Assembly (NCBI GenBank): GCA_951406725.2 | Contig: OX597820.1 | Location: forward strand, 112,716,001-112,780,000 | Reading direction: 5' to 3' | Source: Octopus vulgaris | Taxonomy: Eukaryota | Length of the DNA stretch: 64,000 nucleotides | Part shown: positions 42,593-55,505 of the stretch, one piece after another | How the letters are laid out: each line of letters opens with the position of its first letter | Position numbering within the stretch: position 1 is the stretch's first letter | Notes under the pieces: generated by a model | Seen by the model: only the letters and a program-made list of their open reading frames with translations | Databases searched by the model: none | What the model was told of the DNA's origin: nothing | Made by a program: the position numbers and the translations under genes

Positions 42593-43127
42593 CCTATTTA
42601 TCTATCAATATATCTATCAATATATATATATATATATACATACATACACGTAAATACAGACATATATATGTACATATACATGCATACATACACATACAAA
42701 CAAATTCATACTGACATACATACACCTTCATGCAGAAACCCTCCCATACTTCCATTAGCTACTTCAATCCTATTAACAGATGTAGATTTAAAGAGTGAGA
42801 ATTGTAGTATAGATTAGCCTGAAGTAAGGATTATCTACATAGTGGATATTGTTCGTAACAAGAATAATAATTAATAATCATCATCATTGTCATCATGATT
42901 GTCATTATCATCATTATCATCACCATTGTCATCGTTTAACATTAAATGCATTAGTGAAAGGATTTGATATGAAAATAAATAATAGCAGAGGTTTAACCTA
43001 GAACCTAGTTAGAAATGATAATATACTATTGGACTGAGATATTTAAATTTACTTCCCCAAGTAAAATGTTTATGAATAAAGTAGATTGCGCAATATGTGA
43101 AACCATAAAATAATAAAATATGGGGGG

Positions 43128-43141
43128 ATCATCATCATCAT

Positions 43142-43173
<32 letters not shown>

Positions 43174-43210
43174 CCACCACCACCAGCATCACCAGCACCA
43201 GCAGTAGCAG

Positions 43211-43241
<31 letters not shown>

Positions 43242-43282
43242 ATCACCATCATCATTATCATCACCATCATCATTACCATCGT
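43128..43282. repeat. (CAT)n/(CAC)n/(CAG)n microsatellite (expanded SINE tail)
   Basis: Directly visible and abuts a degenerate RTE-type tail. Confidence 0.95.
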
Positions 43283-43384
43283 CTAAAAGTCCACTTTGCC
43301 ATGCTTCTATGGGCCAGACAGAGCTTATTTAGACCGATTTTCCATAGCCAGATGCTCTTCAGGATCATAACTAACATTAACTTT

Positions 43385-43610
43385 TGAAGGTAATGAGCTG
43401 GCAGAATTGTTAGCACATTGGGCAAAATGCTTAGCAGTAAATTCATCTGTCTTCACATTCTGAGTTCAAATTCCACCTATGTTAACTCTGCCTTTCATCC
43501 TTTTGAGATTGATAAAATAAGTACCAGTTGAATACTGAGGTTAATGTAATCAACTTAACCCCTCCCCAAAAATTGATGGCCTTGTGCCAAAATTTGAAAT
43601 CAATATTACC
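43385..43610 (+). mobile_element. Meta-type tRNA-derived SINE
   Basis: GAGCTGGCAGAATTGTTAGCAC...GAGTTCAAATTCC...GCCTTTCATCC...GATAAAATAAGTACCAG. Confidence 0.88.
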
Positions 43611-44402
43611 TTATTTGGTAAAAGGTTGAGGGTTGATGATTAGAAGAACCTTTGGTTGTAGAAAATCTGCCTCGGTGAATTCCATCTAACCCATGCAAGC
43701 ATGGACACATGGATGTTAAAATGATTATAAGGACAGTGATGATGATGGACACACTATAATATTAGTTCCACAGAGGTGGAACTATTCTGGACTCTTCTAT
43801 AACTATTCTGGGCTTACTATAATGGCCTCTACTCCATAGAACTTAATTGCTGTGCTTCTGCCTCATAAAAAGCACTCAGTCCACTCTGCTGGGTGGTTGG
43901 TGTTAGGAAGGGCATCTAGCCATAAAAACCCTAAAAAACAGACACAGAAGTTTGGTGCAGGCTCCTGCCTGGCCAGCTCCTGTCAAACTGTCCAACCCAT
44001 GCCAGCATCGAAGGTGGACGTTAAACAGTGATGATGATTACCTTGGACACTCTCTCCTTCTCCTCTTGGCACCCTCACTGCTTTGCCACATTCTATCCAT
44101 TCTCCCTAGAGCATCAGTCTTTCAGTTTTCCTTCCCAGTCAATATCTCCCCCACCCACCACCATTGCCATGTTCAGTTTGACCAGGGCAATGGTGGTGGG
44201 TGGGAGAGATGTTGTGACATGTGAGGGGTTGGAGTTCTAATGGTTACAATATTTTCTCTTCCTCCTCACTAAATGATATGAAAATATTGTTGTGGAGAAG
44301 AGTGTTTGAAATTTATAACAAATCATCAAAAACATTTGATCCCAGTAAATATATACTTATTAACAATCACTACCTACATTATAATTATCAGGCATATGTA
44401 TA

Positions 44403-44730
44403 TATAACAATAATTAAGGGTTTAGCAACGAGTTGCTTAACCACATACCGAAAAGTTTAGAAATAGCAGCCAAAAGACCATTATTTCTTTTCGCTACAAA
44501 ATATGACTCTACAGACAACCCTTTCTGTAACTCACACAGGCAAAAAAAGAAGGAAAATAATGAAATCAAACAGTCTTCGGTTAATTATGAACACGTTTCT
44601 GGATTAAAGTTATAAAATGAGTGGAGTCATATTTTGTAGCGAAAAGAAATAACGGTCTTTTGGCTGCTATTTCTAAACTTTTCAGTATGTGGTTAAGCAA
44701 ATCGTTGCTAAACCCTTAATTATTGTTATA
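44403..44730. mobile_element. Foldback MITE with ~110-bp terminal inverted repeats
   Basis: 44403-44512 is the reverse complement of 44621-44730 with about 4 mismatches. The spacer is about 108 bp and the ends are TA/TATA. Confidence 0.92.
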
Positions 44731-44841
44731 ATTATATATAAAACTTGTTGTATAAGTTTTTACCGAATATGGTTCTTTTCCATACCGAAACTACTTGCTG
44801 AAATTTATTAATTATAAATGAATAATTTTTTACCCTATATC

Positions 44842-44920
<79 letters not shown>

Positions 44921-45161
44921 ATTATTTGAGGGAATATTAATCCTAACTTACAGGGAAAAATTCAATTTAGAAATACTAAATCAAATTTCACACAATATAA
45001 TATATATATAAAAATTAGAAGAAATCACCTTTTATCAATTCAAAATGATCATTTAAAATACACCATCTAGAAAATTACATATAATAGAAATATTAAAATA
45101 AAAATAACAATAATATACCGATGATTAAGTAAATTGCAAAAAAAAAATAAAAACGTATATA

Positions 45162-45226
<65 letters not shown>

Positions 45227-45615
45227 GCTATATAAATGCAAGTGTGGCATTCATGAGAAAAATGAATTTCATTTTTGAAAATCTATGTTCTAAAGAGAAT
45301 GCTGTTCATAGACAATAATGAAAAAATTTAATTTGCAATGAGAAGTAACTCAACTTAACTCTTAGATGTACAAATTTCCTAATCTCTCTCTGCCACCATC
45401 AATCTATCACCCTCTTGTCTTGGAAGTAGAATTTTGCCACTATTGGTAATATCAGGAAATACAGCATACTTACAATAAATATACTTGAACTTTTATCAAA
45501 TAATGATGAATTAAACACTAAATTTTAAAAGAAAAATACTACCTTAAAATGAAATATAAAAAGACAAATTTCTCATTTCATCATCATCATCATTGTTTAA
45601 CATCTGTCTTCCATG

Positions 45616-45659
<44 letters not shown>

Positions 45660-46765
45660 GTGTGTGTGTGTGTGCGTGTGTGTGTGTTATTTTTTTCTAA
45701 ATTTCATCAACTTTATCACAACCTGCTCCATTGAAAACCTATCCCTGCAAAATTACATTAAAACAATGAACTCTGTAATTTTCTGAAAGTTATCATTGCC
45801 TGCCATCAAACCTTGTATGTGCACTCATCCAGCACCTCTTACGTTAACTTTCTCAGTATCTCTGTTTTACTCTCTCTGTCTCCCTCCTCTGTCTCTAGGA
45901 TATAAAATGTGACTGTAGAAATTAACCAACTGATTAATCTGCCAACATTTATATTAGTTGTTGTTTTATCGAGTTGTTTGAAATATGATGTATGTATGTA
46001 ATGGAATATATGTGTTTCTACTAAATATGTATGCGTATGATCATCAATAATTTGAAATGCTATTTCAATCCCACATCTCTTTCAGTCTTGTGGTGTTAGC
46101 AGCTGTGAACTATCACTGATTCTGCCTTGCTCTCCCTTTCATTGCAACCACCTGTAAAGAACTCATAGATTCCTCCTTGCAGCACCCACACCTTTTACTG
46201 AAATCACCTGTTGATGTCATCTTCTGTTTTGTTCACTGATATTCAGAGGGTGCGTGGTGTGTATATGTTCTTTTGATTGTTAATATGTGTGCATTCATAT
46301 GTGTGTGTAAAAGACAGAAACAGCGAGGAAGAAAAGAAGAGAAAGTGTGTGTATGTGTGGGTGGGTGTGCATGCAGGTGTATAGGTGAACTAGTGAAAAG
46401 CTGTATGGTGTAATGGTGAATGACCAGTGCACAATAGTTTTATTCATGGTTTATATGTTAGTTCAATGCTTCTGTATCGCCAATTTGTTTGTGGTTACTC
46501 AGGTCTTCATAGAGGTTGAAACCATTGATAGAACAGTTTTTACTTGTAATTTTTTCGTAATATTGATATGAAAAAGAATTAAAGAGAAAATCTATTTTCT
46601 CTGAGCTCAACATTAAAACAGGGAGGGAATATATGCAAAGAATTACATTGAATTTTCAATACTAACAGTAAGAAATAGAGTTTAGTACAAAGGAGATTTA
46701 TTTGTGCATGTATGTGTGTACATACATACACTATTTCTCTCTCTCTCTCACACACTCACACACAT

Positions 46766-46803
<38 letters not shown>

Positions 46804-46908
46804 TTATCCCTGGGCTGACCAAAGTGTTGTGAGTGAATTTGATAAACAGAAACTCATATAGACACAAGCTTAAAGAACTGAGTCATAAATATATATATAT
46901 ATATATAT

Positions 46909-47044
46909 AGTTAATCCAAACATGAAAACACAAAGAGAAAACACAACACGAGGACGTGGAACAAATATAGTATTATTGGACGCTCAGGAAGGAAGGGAAG
47001 AAGGAGGGTTTAATGTTTCGAGTGGAGCTCTTCGTCAGAAACAT

Positions 47045-47045
<1 letters not shown>
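46909..47045 (-). mobile_element. (TA)n-embedded Penelope-like remnant with minimal hammerhead
   Basis: Minus strand 47042-47008: GTTT-CTGACGA-A-GAG ctcca CTC-GAAA-CA-TT-AAAC. Confidence 0.7.
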
Positions 47046-47084
<39 letters not shown>

Positions 47085-47111
47085 TATAATATATATACAT
47101 ACATACATACA

Positions 47112-47147
<36 letters not shown>

Positions 47148-49489
47148 TATAATGTACCTGTGTCTTGACACCGCATGATGGTTGTAAAATGAATGTCACC
47201 CTCATACAAGCAATGCAGTTGTTTCCAGTTTTCCATGGAAACCATGTCTGACCATGGAGGTATATTACCTGGCTTGAAAATAGGTGAGTGTTGGTGACAG
47301 GAAGAGCTTCCAGCCATAGAAAATCTATTTTGGGAAATTTCGTCTGACTCATGAGACCGTGGAAAACAGGGTATTAAAATGGTGATAATGATTCAAACAG
47401 GCCATATGTGATGTGTATTGGGTAATAATTGTGACGGGTGTAGGAGCTGTAGGGGTGTGTAGTTCACGCTTGTCTTGGTAGTCAATATAGTAAACGACTT
47501 AGTTATTTAATTACTTTTGTTACCTTATTTCATTTGAAATACACTGCCATTTGTGCTTGTTTCAATTAAAGTTAAAACTACCAAAACATACCAAAAAATT
47601 ATGAAAACTGTTATTATCAAATTGGTGTTTTGAAATTTTGATGGAAATTTTTAATCAAATCTTAATCACAGAGTTTGTACCATAGCAGGGTATGGTCTCA
47701 GGCAGGTTGCTGTCAAAAGGGTTAAAAGTATGTTCTCAGTTGTTTCCAATGGTTTGAATGTTGTTTATATGCTTTATTTAGGTGTGATGAAGCATAGTGG
47801 TTTATCCAACAATTGTGTTAATAGGCATGTCGACTGATGTAATAGATATGATGTTTTGTATTGTGCTTGTATCAGTATAAAACTAAGTTTGTGTTCAGGG
47901 TACTAGTATGTTTATTAGGGTTGCAATCATTTGTAATTTTTACCTCGCTTAGTCAAGTGAGAAGGCTAGTGCCTATGATCTGTGACAGAACAAAAAACCT
48001 TGCCCACCAAGCCACATACTTCTACCATGACCCATGATAGGGTCTCTGGAACTGATGGAAGGGAGAGAGGAAGTTATTCTTAAACCAGAAGCCTTACCCA
48101 AATATTTGCAACTGAGTAGACTTCACTAAAAGTACTTAGAGGGTGAGGTATTGTTATTAAACTGGGTGTTGGTTTAGGTCTATCACCCATTTAAGCCATC
48201 GTAGGATTTGAACTGAACTCTGAATGTAGACAGCTGAAATGAACGCCATAAGACATCTGGTCCAATGTTATTACAGTTCTGCCAATCCCCCATCCTGGCT
48301 TTGTACCATATTTTTGTCCTCCCAAAATGGTAGAAATCAAAGTTGTCCTCAGCAGGACTTGAACTCAGCATGCAGAGCGTAAATGATTTTTGAACAATCA
48401 GTATCAGCTGGCATGTAAAGAGAGTTGTGAAAAAAATTTCCACAAAATTGTATTTCTGAAGGTTCTAGAAGTTTTGCTCAAGATTATAAAAAGCTGGAGT
48501 ATTGAACCCTTAAACAGGATCACCTCAAGCACTACACAGTTATATGAAAAGTATTCTCACCTTCATCTACTTGTTTTCCATAACATGCTTTATATTTCAT
48601 GAATATCATGACTGACAAGAATGCAATCAACCTTGGACTGTAATGCTGCCTTATATATCTATATCTATGCAAATATCTTTCTATATAATTACTTTCCTTG
48701 CTCTGTTTACAATAACTACACACAATTATTACATAACAGTATTAACTAAAACATTTCTGTCATGCAGTATAGATTTTTGAATGTCACATATATGATGACA
48801 CATATATTTTTCAATATATGGAAAAATATATATATCATGAGTTGCTAGGTCATTCATGGCTAAGGACACAACCTCTTACCTCTACCTCACGCTTCTTGCC
48901 TTCTGCTCTAATTACCAAGACTAACCCAACTAGAGTAAATAGTTGCTGTTCAACTCCAAATTAATCTTAATCAAAAAGGTCTATAATCAAAACCGTTTCA
49001 GCCTTCACTATCCTCTCTTTTTGCATATCTGCCACTATGTTCATCAATGTGTCCTTCCTTTTTAGAATAACAGTGTAAGGATAATCCTAATAAGACTTGG
49101 CTGTTATATCAGGCAAAGTGAGTGAGTGAGTGTACAGAGGTATCACGGTAGAGTGTAACTAATAATTTAATAAGATAAATAATCATTCCTAATCTAGCAA
49201 TATCTAATCATAAAACTATAGTATCACAGTTACTTACAATCCCTGATTCTTTATTTTTCTGCTTTTGTCTGCCAGTTTGTTGGGCTTCAGCTAAAAAATA
49301 TTGGCTAGTTTTTAACTTCAGATAGTGAAATAAGTGGAGAAGAGATAAATTTTTCCCTGCTATAGATAACCTTCTCAATATATTCGAGAGTCCTGTTTTA
49401 CAGATAAATAGGTGAAGTCATGTAGAAATAAAAAAATATTTTTATAGATATGACACAATGATTTCAATGAATATAAAACTTTACAAAAG

Positions 49490-50135
49490 TAGTCATGGCA
49501 GTATGGTTAAGAAGCTGGCTTCCTACCACATGGTCTTGGATTCATTCCAACTGTGTGGCACCTTGGGTGGGTGTCTTCTACTACAGCTTGACCTATCAAA
49601 GCCTTATGAGTGGATTTAGTAGATGAAAACTGAAAAAAGCTTGTCTTATCTATGTACCTGTAATTCAACCTTGTCGCATTTTGTGTCATGCTGAATCTCT
49701 CTGAGAACTATGTTAAGGGTACTTATGTCTGTGGAGTGCTCACCCATTTATACATTAATTTCATGAGCAGACTGTTCTGTTGATTGAATTAACTGGATCC
49801 CTCGTCGTAACTGACACAGTGCCAGTCATGTATGTGTGTGCGTGTGTGTGTGTGGTGTGTGTGTGTGTATTTAATGTGTGTTTAATGTGTGTTTTGTATC
49901 TTTGTCTTCATTCTGCATGAACAGTGTAGATGAGTGTCACTATACAGGCAATGTCATTCATTTCCAGCCCTCTGTGAAAACATGTCTGGTCATAGGAAAA
50001 TCTCACCTTAGGAACAATTGAGGGTTGATGACAAGAAGGGCATCTGGCCATAGAAAATCTGCCTTAAAATTCTACCTAATCCATGCAAGCAAAGAAAAGT
50101 GGATATTAAAATGATGGTGACTATGGTAATGATGA
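49490..50135 (+). mobile_element. Composite tRNA-derived SINE with internal insert and RTE tail
   Basis: Head at 49490-49650, an unrelated ~170-bp segment at 49655-49825, then (TG)n and a GAAGGGCATCTGGC...(TGA)n tail. Confidence 0.75.
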
Positions 50136-50383
50136 ATCTCTTACCTGGTATTTTAATCCCATATATATATATATCATTATCTTCATCATCATCATTGTCA
50201 TTTAACGTCTGCTTTCTATGCTGGCTTGGGTTGGATGGTTTGACTGAGGACTGGCAAGCCAGGAAGTTGTACAAGGCTCCAATCTCATTTGGCAAGGTTT
50301 CTACAGCTGGATGCCCTTCCTAACACCAACCACTCTGAGAGTGTAGTGGGTGCTTTTTACATGCCATCTGCACAGGAGCCATT

Positions 50384-50684
50384 AGTGGAGGCACATGGCC
50401 TAGTGGTTAGAGCAGTGGACTCGCGGTCGAGGGATCGCGAGTTCGAATCTCAGATCGGGCAATGTGTGTATGTTTATGAGCGAAACACCTCAGCTCCACG
50501 CAACTCCGGCAGAAGGTAATGGTGAAACCTCTGCTGACTCTTCCGCCACAACTTTCTCTCACTCTTTCCTCCTGCATCTTGCAGCTCACCTGCGATGGAC
50601 TGGCGTCCCGTCCAGGTGGGGAACCTATATGCCAAGAAACTGGCCCTTATGAGCCAGGCATGGCTCGAGAAGGAACAAACAAAA
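50384..50684 (+). mobile_element. tRNA-Arg-related SINE nested in an RTE-tailed element, 10-bp TSD
   Basis: AGGAGCCATT occurs at 50374-50383 and 50685-50694. A-box TGGCCTAGTGG and B-box GTTCGAATC. The host element spans about 50180-50738 (-). Confidence 0.93.
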
Positions 50685-51044
50685 AGGAGCCATTCAGGCA
50701 GCACTGGCATCAACCACACTTGAATGGTGCTTTTTACGATATATAGACATTCAAAATAGTTGATATGGAAGAGAGAGTATGCTGGAAATGTTATTAATAA
50801 AGTTTCCAGCATACTCTCTCTTCTGTATTAATTATTTTGAATATACCCAATGTGCACTGGGGAGTTCCTAATGTAGATCTAGCAATGAATGTGTATTTAC
50901 CGTGGATGATGCCAGGTAGCCATAAGAGGTAAATATACTCTGTGAGCACAAAATACCCAAAATACAGTTTGGATGCTAAAATTTAAATTTTAAGTTTCAG
51001 ATTTAAACTTTAATTATAACTTATATGCATATATATATATATAA

Positions 51045-51081
<37 letters not shown>

Positions 51082-52447
51082 CATATATACACATATATAT
51101 GATGTAAGGAGGAATAACCTCTCCTTGTTTGCTCTTTGGTTATATTTCCTTCATTTTCTGCAGTGTGATGAAGTTTCACAAATAGAAAATTTATTTACCT
51201 CTCTCATCTAGGTTCATATCTCTTTAGGTATTCTTCTTGGGGGTTTGAAATAGAATTTAGATACTTATGTTAAATTCTTGATGCCAAACTGAACATGAGC
51301 CAGATGCTATATATACACCTAAATTGATTGACAAATATCTTTCATAACAACTTTGTAAAGAAAATATCTTCTTTGGGAAATAATTCAGCTTTGCCACCAT
51401 TTGCTGTTCTATCATGTATTTTACACACCTCTCTTCCTCATAGCCTACAAGATGACCAGTAATTCAACTGCTTATATACATATACAGCATGTGGCTGAAA
51501 GATGTCCCATATTTTACATAACCACTACTAAGGTACTAGACAAGGTAAACAGGTGGTAATGGTGTGTTTATGTAGCTAATATTTTTTTTTCACAGTTACC
51601 ATCAAAATTTGGAACACATTGTGAATTTGCAGTTAAAATGTTTAGCAAAAATTGTGAATCTGAGTGGTTTTTTTTTCGTTGCACCCTTTTGAATAGTTAC
51701 ACACATACAACTATAAAATCCCAGGTGCTTGCCAAGAATTTAGTATTTGCTGGTGCTAGTACAGGGTGCAGCATCAAAACCTTCCCCTATTCTACAAGGT
51801 AGTAACAGTTTCTTGTAGCTAATACTTTGCCATTTATTTTAGTTACGCCTTGGTCTAGACTGGTACAAGCCATGCTTTTGCTGTTGAAATATTTGTCAAC
51901 AGTAAAATGTGTGAGGTTTTTTGCAACACTTTGAATATACAATGTATAATTTTCTACACAGGTAAATTGAAAACTACAAATACTTTTTATGAATTAAACG
52001 ACCCCAAATTTTGTTAGACAAAACTATGTTGTAATCATTCTCCTTCATGCAGTGGGATACTGCATAATCTTTATGCATAGATTTTAACTTGTGATCTTTC
52101 ACTAAGCCATTTATAAATACTCTGATTTGCATATACCTGGTGGGTTGTATACATCTACATAACAAAGCTACTTCCCCTGTTTCATGCAGGTGAGGCTGTT
52201 ATGTTTTAAAAATATCTGAGTGACAAAGTGAAAAAATTATTGGTCATTTTCTAGAGCTTTTGTTATCATTTAAAAATCCTGCTTGATTTTACCAATGTTG
52301 GGACTGTTAGGCCTTTACTTTCATCCACCTGATTTCTACATAATTTTGTAATCCTACAAAATTTGAAATGGTTATCTCTATAATTTGCCTCATTTCAAGA
52401 TTCACTATGTTGCCCCTCTGCTTGAGTTTTTAATTTACAATATATAA

Positions 52448-52862
52448 GGTGCAAACATGGCTGTGTGGTGAAGAAATTTGCTTCCCAACCACATGGTTTG
52501 GGGTTCAGTCCCATTGTGTGACACCTTAGGCAAGTGTCTTCTGCTAAAGCACCAGGTTGCGGAAAGTCTTGTGAGAGGATTTGGTAACCAGAAATTGAAA
52601 AAATCCCAACATAAATATATGTGTTTATATTATGTGTGTCTTGTATGTGTTAGTGTGACCTTGTTTTTGTATAGTTTGGTAGTCATAAACAAGTATTACT
52701 GTGTCCTTCATATGTCAGGATGTGGTAAATTATTACCGTACTTGGAAACAAGTGAGGGTTGGCAACAAGAAGGGCAACAAGCTGTAGAAAACCTACCTCA
52801 AATAAACTTCATCCAACCTATGTGAGCTTATAAAGTGGACTTCAAAACATTGATAATATTGA
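52448..52862 (+). mobile_element. tRNA-derived SINE with RTE tail
   Basis: GGTGCAAACATGGCTGTGTGG head and GGTTGGCAACAAGAAGGGC domain. An inverted relative lies at about 53225-53785. Confidence 0.82.
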
Positions 52863-53450
52863 TGTTTTATTCTAAATCTTTTTAAATTATAACTACTTAT
52901 ATTGCTTGTTATTTAAAGTGAGTAACCATTTTTGCTTCTTTACAAGAAGCAATAATGGTTACACTGAGAAATGATAGTTCTTTCTATTTCAGCTGAATTG
53001 GAAGAAGAAACTAATGTCTACCTCTGGAAATCTATTGCCCATTAAGCAGTGTACGTATTTACACCTTTGTAAATCATTACACACCTGAATTCAAATGATT
53101 CAGTGCATATGATGCAGCTAACTTAATTTTCTCTTTTTTTTTTCTTCTTTCAAATGGTTTTTAAGAATTGTTCGTTTGTTCTCATTTCCTGACAAAATAC
53201 GTCACCGTTTCATTCTAATATCCACTGTTTTATGCTTGCAGGGTTCAGATGTAGTTTATTGTTGTAGATTTCCTTCTGGCTGGATGCCCTTTCTGTCACC
53301 AACCCTCACCTATTTCCAAACATGGTAATATTTCCTGTGGTCAGTCATATTTTAGCAGAATATTGGAATTGAATAACACTGCTTGTATGACAGTGACACT
53401 CATTTACAACTATCATGCAATGTCAAGACAAGGAAACACAAACATATACA

Positions 53451-53536
<86 letters not shown>

Positions 53537-53837
53537 CACATACATTTATATATGGATCAAAACTGCTTGATTCAAATTCGTTGGTACTCTTGAATTTCAA
53601 GCATGATGCTAGTCCACTCACTAGCAGATATATATATATATATATATACATATCTGAACTTCTTTCAATTTCTGTCCGCCAAATTTGCTCATAAGGCTTT
53701 GTGTCAGTGCTGGGATATAGTAAAAGAGGCTTGCCCTAGGACTGAATCCCAAACCATGTGGTTGGGAAGTAAACTCGTTAACCATACAACCCTGCTTGAG
53801 ACATAAAAATAATAAAAAAAGAAGTAAAAAGGATGAA

Positions 53838-53887
<50 letters not shown>

Positions 53888-55239
53888 GGGGGGGAGAAAT
53901 AAAAGGAAAAGAAAATTAAATCTAGAACGGATGTAGAAGAACCAGTTCTTTGCTGGTGAGAATTCTTTTACTATGGAAATAGTGACAGGACTAGAATCAA
54001 TAGAAAGCATTCTGGAGGACAATATAAGAAGGATTGGTGGGAAAGAAGTCATCTATTTATGCTGAGAGCTTGGAATATTTTCAGGAAGTTTAACACTTTC
54101 TCATTTTGAAAGATTCTCACATTTTCCCTGCTTTCTCACCTCCACTCCTGCCTCAACACCAATGTTAATAACAATGACAACTATAGCGACAATGTTAAAG
54201 GCAATAAATTTATTTCTTTTTATTCAAAGTAAGTATATGAACAGGTTTAAGTTATTACCCTGTTTTATTTGTGTTGTTGTTGTTACTAATATTTGTTTGT
54301 TTCATATTTTGTTGTTGTTCTTGTTTTATATGACTCTTGTTGCTGTTTTTCATTTTGCAGTTTGGTTGTTGTTATTGTTTTTGTTCATATTTGCAATGAG
54401 AAAGGAATTTAAAACAAAATAATGAATAAATATATTAATACTGTTAACTTAAAGTTTCGTGTTTTCTCCTTTATCAAAATTATTTACAAAAAAATATTTC
54501 ATGTTTTTCTTTCAAAGATAACTAAAAAATATTTTCTGTTTATAAAAATGGCTTTTCAAAGTGTTTTTGTTACATTTCTATGATAAAAGATGAATTTTAT
54601 TTTTGAAGTGAGTGAATAGATGTTAGGATGACAGTTGGAAAATATTAGTAATTCAGGCATATACAGGGGATATATGAAAGCAAATAGACTTCAAAGAAAG
54701 CAAAACTGTAGAAAAGAAGATAAAAGAAAAAATACAATGTAAATGAGAAAATGAAATCATATTTAAGACATGAACCCCGTAGGATAGTGGGACATCATAG
54801 AATATATCAGGATGAATAAAATTTGAAGGAGGATGAGAATGAGCAAAGAGAATAAGAGAATGAAGTGGGGGAGAATGAACACATAAGTCATATTAAATGG
54901 GAATGAACTAAGAGATTTGAGCCATGAAGAGAGAACACAAGTGTGTAAGAATTGATTATGTACAGGCTTGGCTGTGTAGTTAAGAGGTTTGCTTCCCAAC
55001 CCCAAGGTTTTGGGTTCAGTTTTGCAGTATGACACCTTGAGCAAGTGTCTTTCATTATAGTTCAAGACAAAGTGGATTTGGTAGATAGAAACTGAAAGTA
55101 AGACGCTTGTTGTGTGTACGTATAATATGTGTTTGTGTCTCTTTGTCTTGATATCTTGTGGTACTTATACTGAGTTGTCATTTGTCTCCAGTTTCCTGTG
55201 AAAACATGTATGACGATGGGGAAATATTATTTTGCAGAG

Positions 55240-55505
55240 ATATAGCAAAAGTAGATTTTGTATGTGGTAGACATACAGGAAGAGTGCATGAGAAATATAT
55301 GCTCTCAGTTACTCAGGAGGATCTCTGGAAGTAGTAGATAATGTCTGTAGCCTTGGTGATATAATTAGTACTGGATAATGATATTCTGAAAGTATAGTTG
55401 TTCAAATATGAACAGGCTAGAAACAATTTAGAGAGATATTACTTCTGTTGGCAGCAAAAAGTTTCTTCCTCTGAGTGAAAAACAGACAGTATGATGCTGA
55501 TGTGA
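55240..55505 (+). mobile_element. RTE-clade LINE RT C-terminal fragment
   Basis: Reads GGSLEVVDNVCSLGDIISTG..SESIVVQI*TG*KQFREILLLL..VKNRQYDA (cf. LEVVDxFCYLGD...WKKFRELLPLL...KGRLYDAC). Confidence 0.8.

Noticed and set aside
43332-43362. Hammerhead look-alike on the minus strand (CTGAAGA..GAAA..TC)
   Set aside because: It lies in a mutated SINE GGAAGGGCATC domain, has no stem I and has a poor stem II closing pair.
50384-50460. tRNA-Arg gene (also at 12747 and 27640)
   Set aside because: A/B boxes are present, but there is no proper acceptor stem and the sequence continues into SINE body with a TSD.
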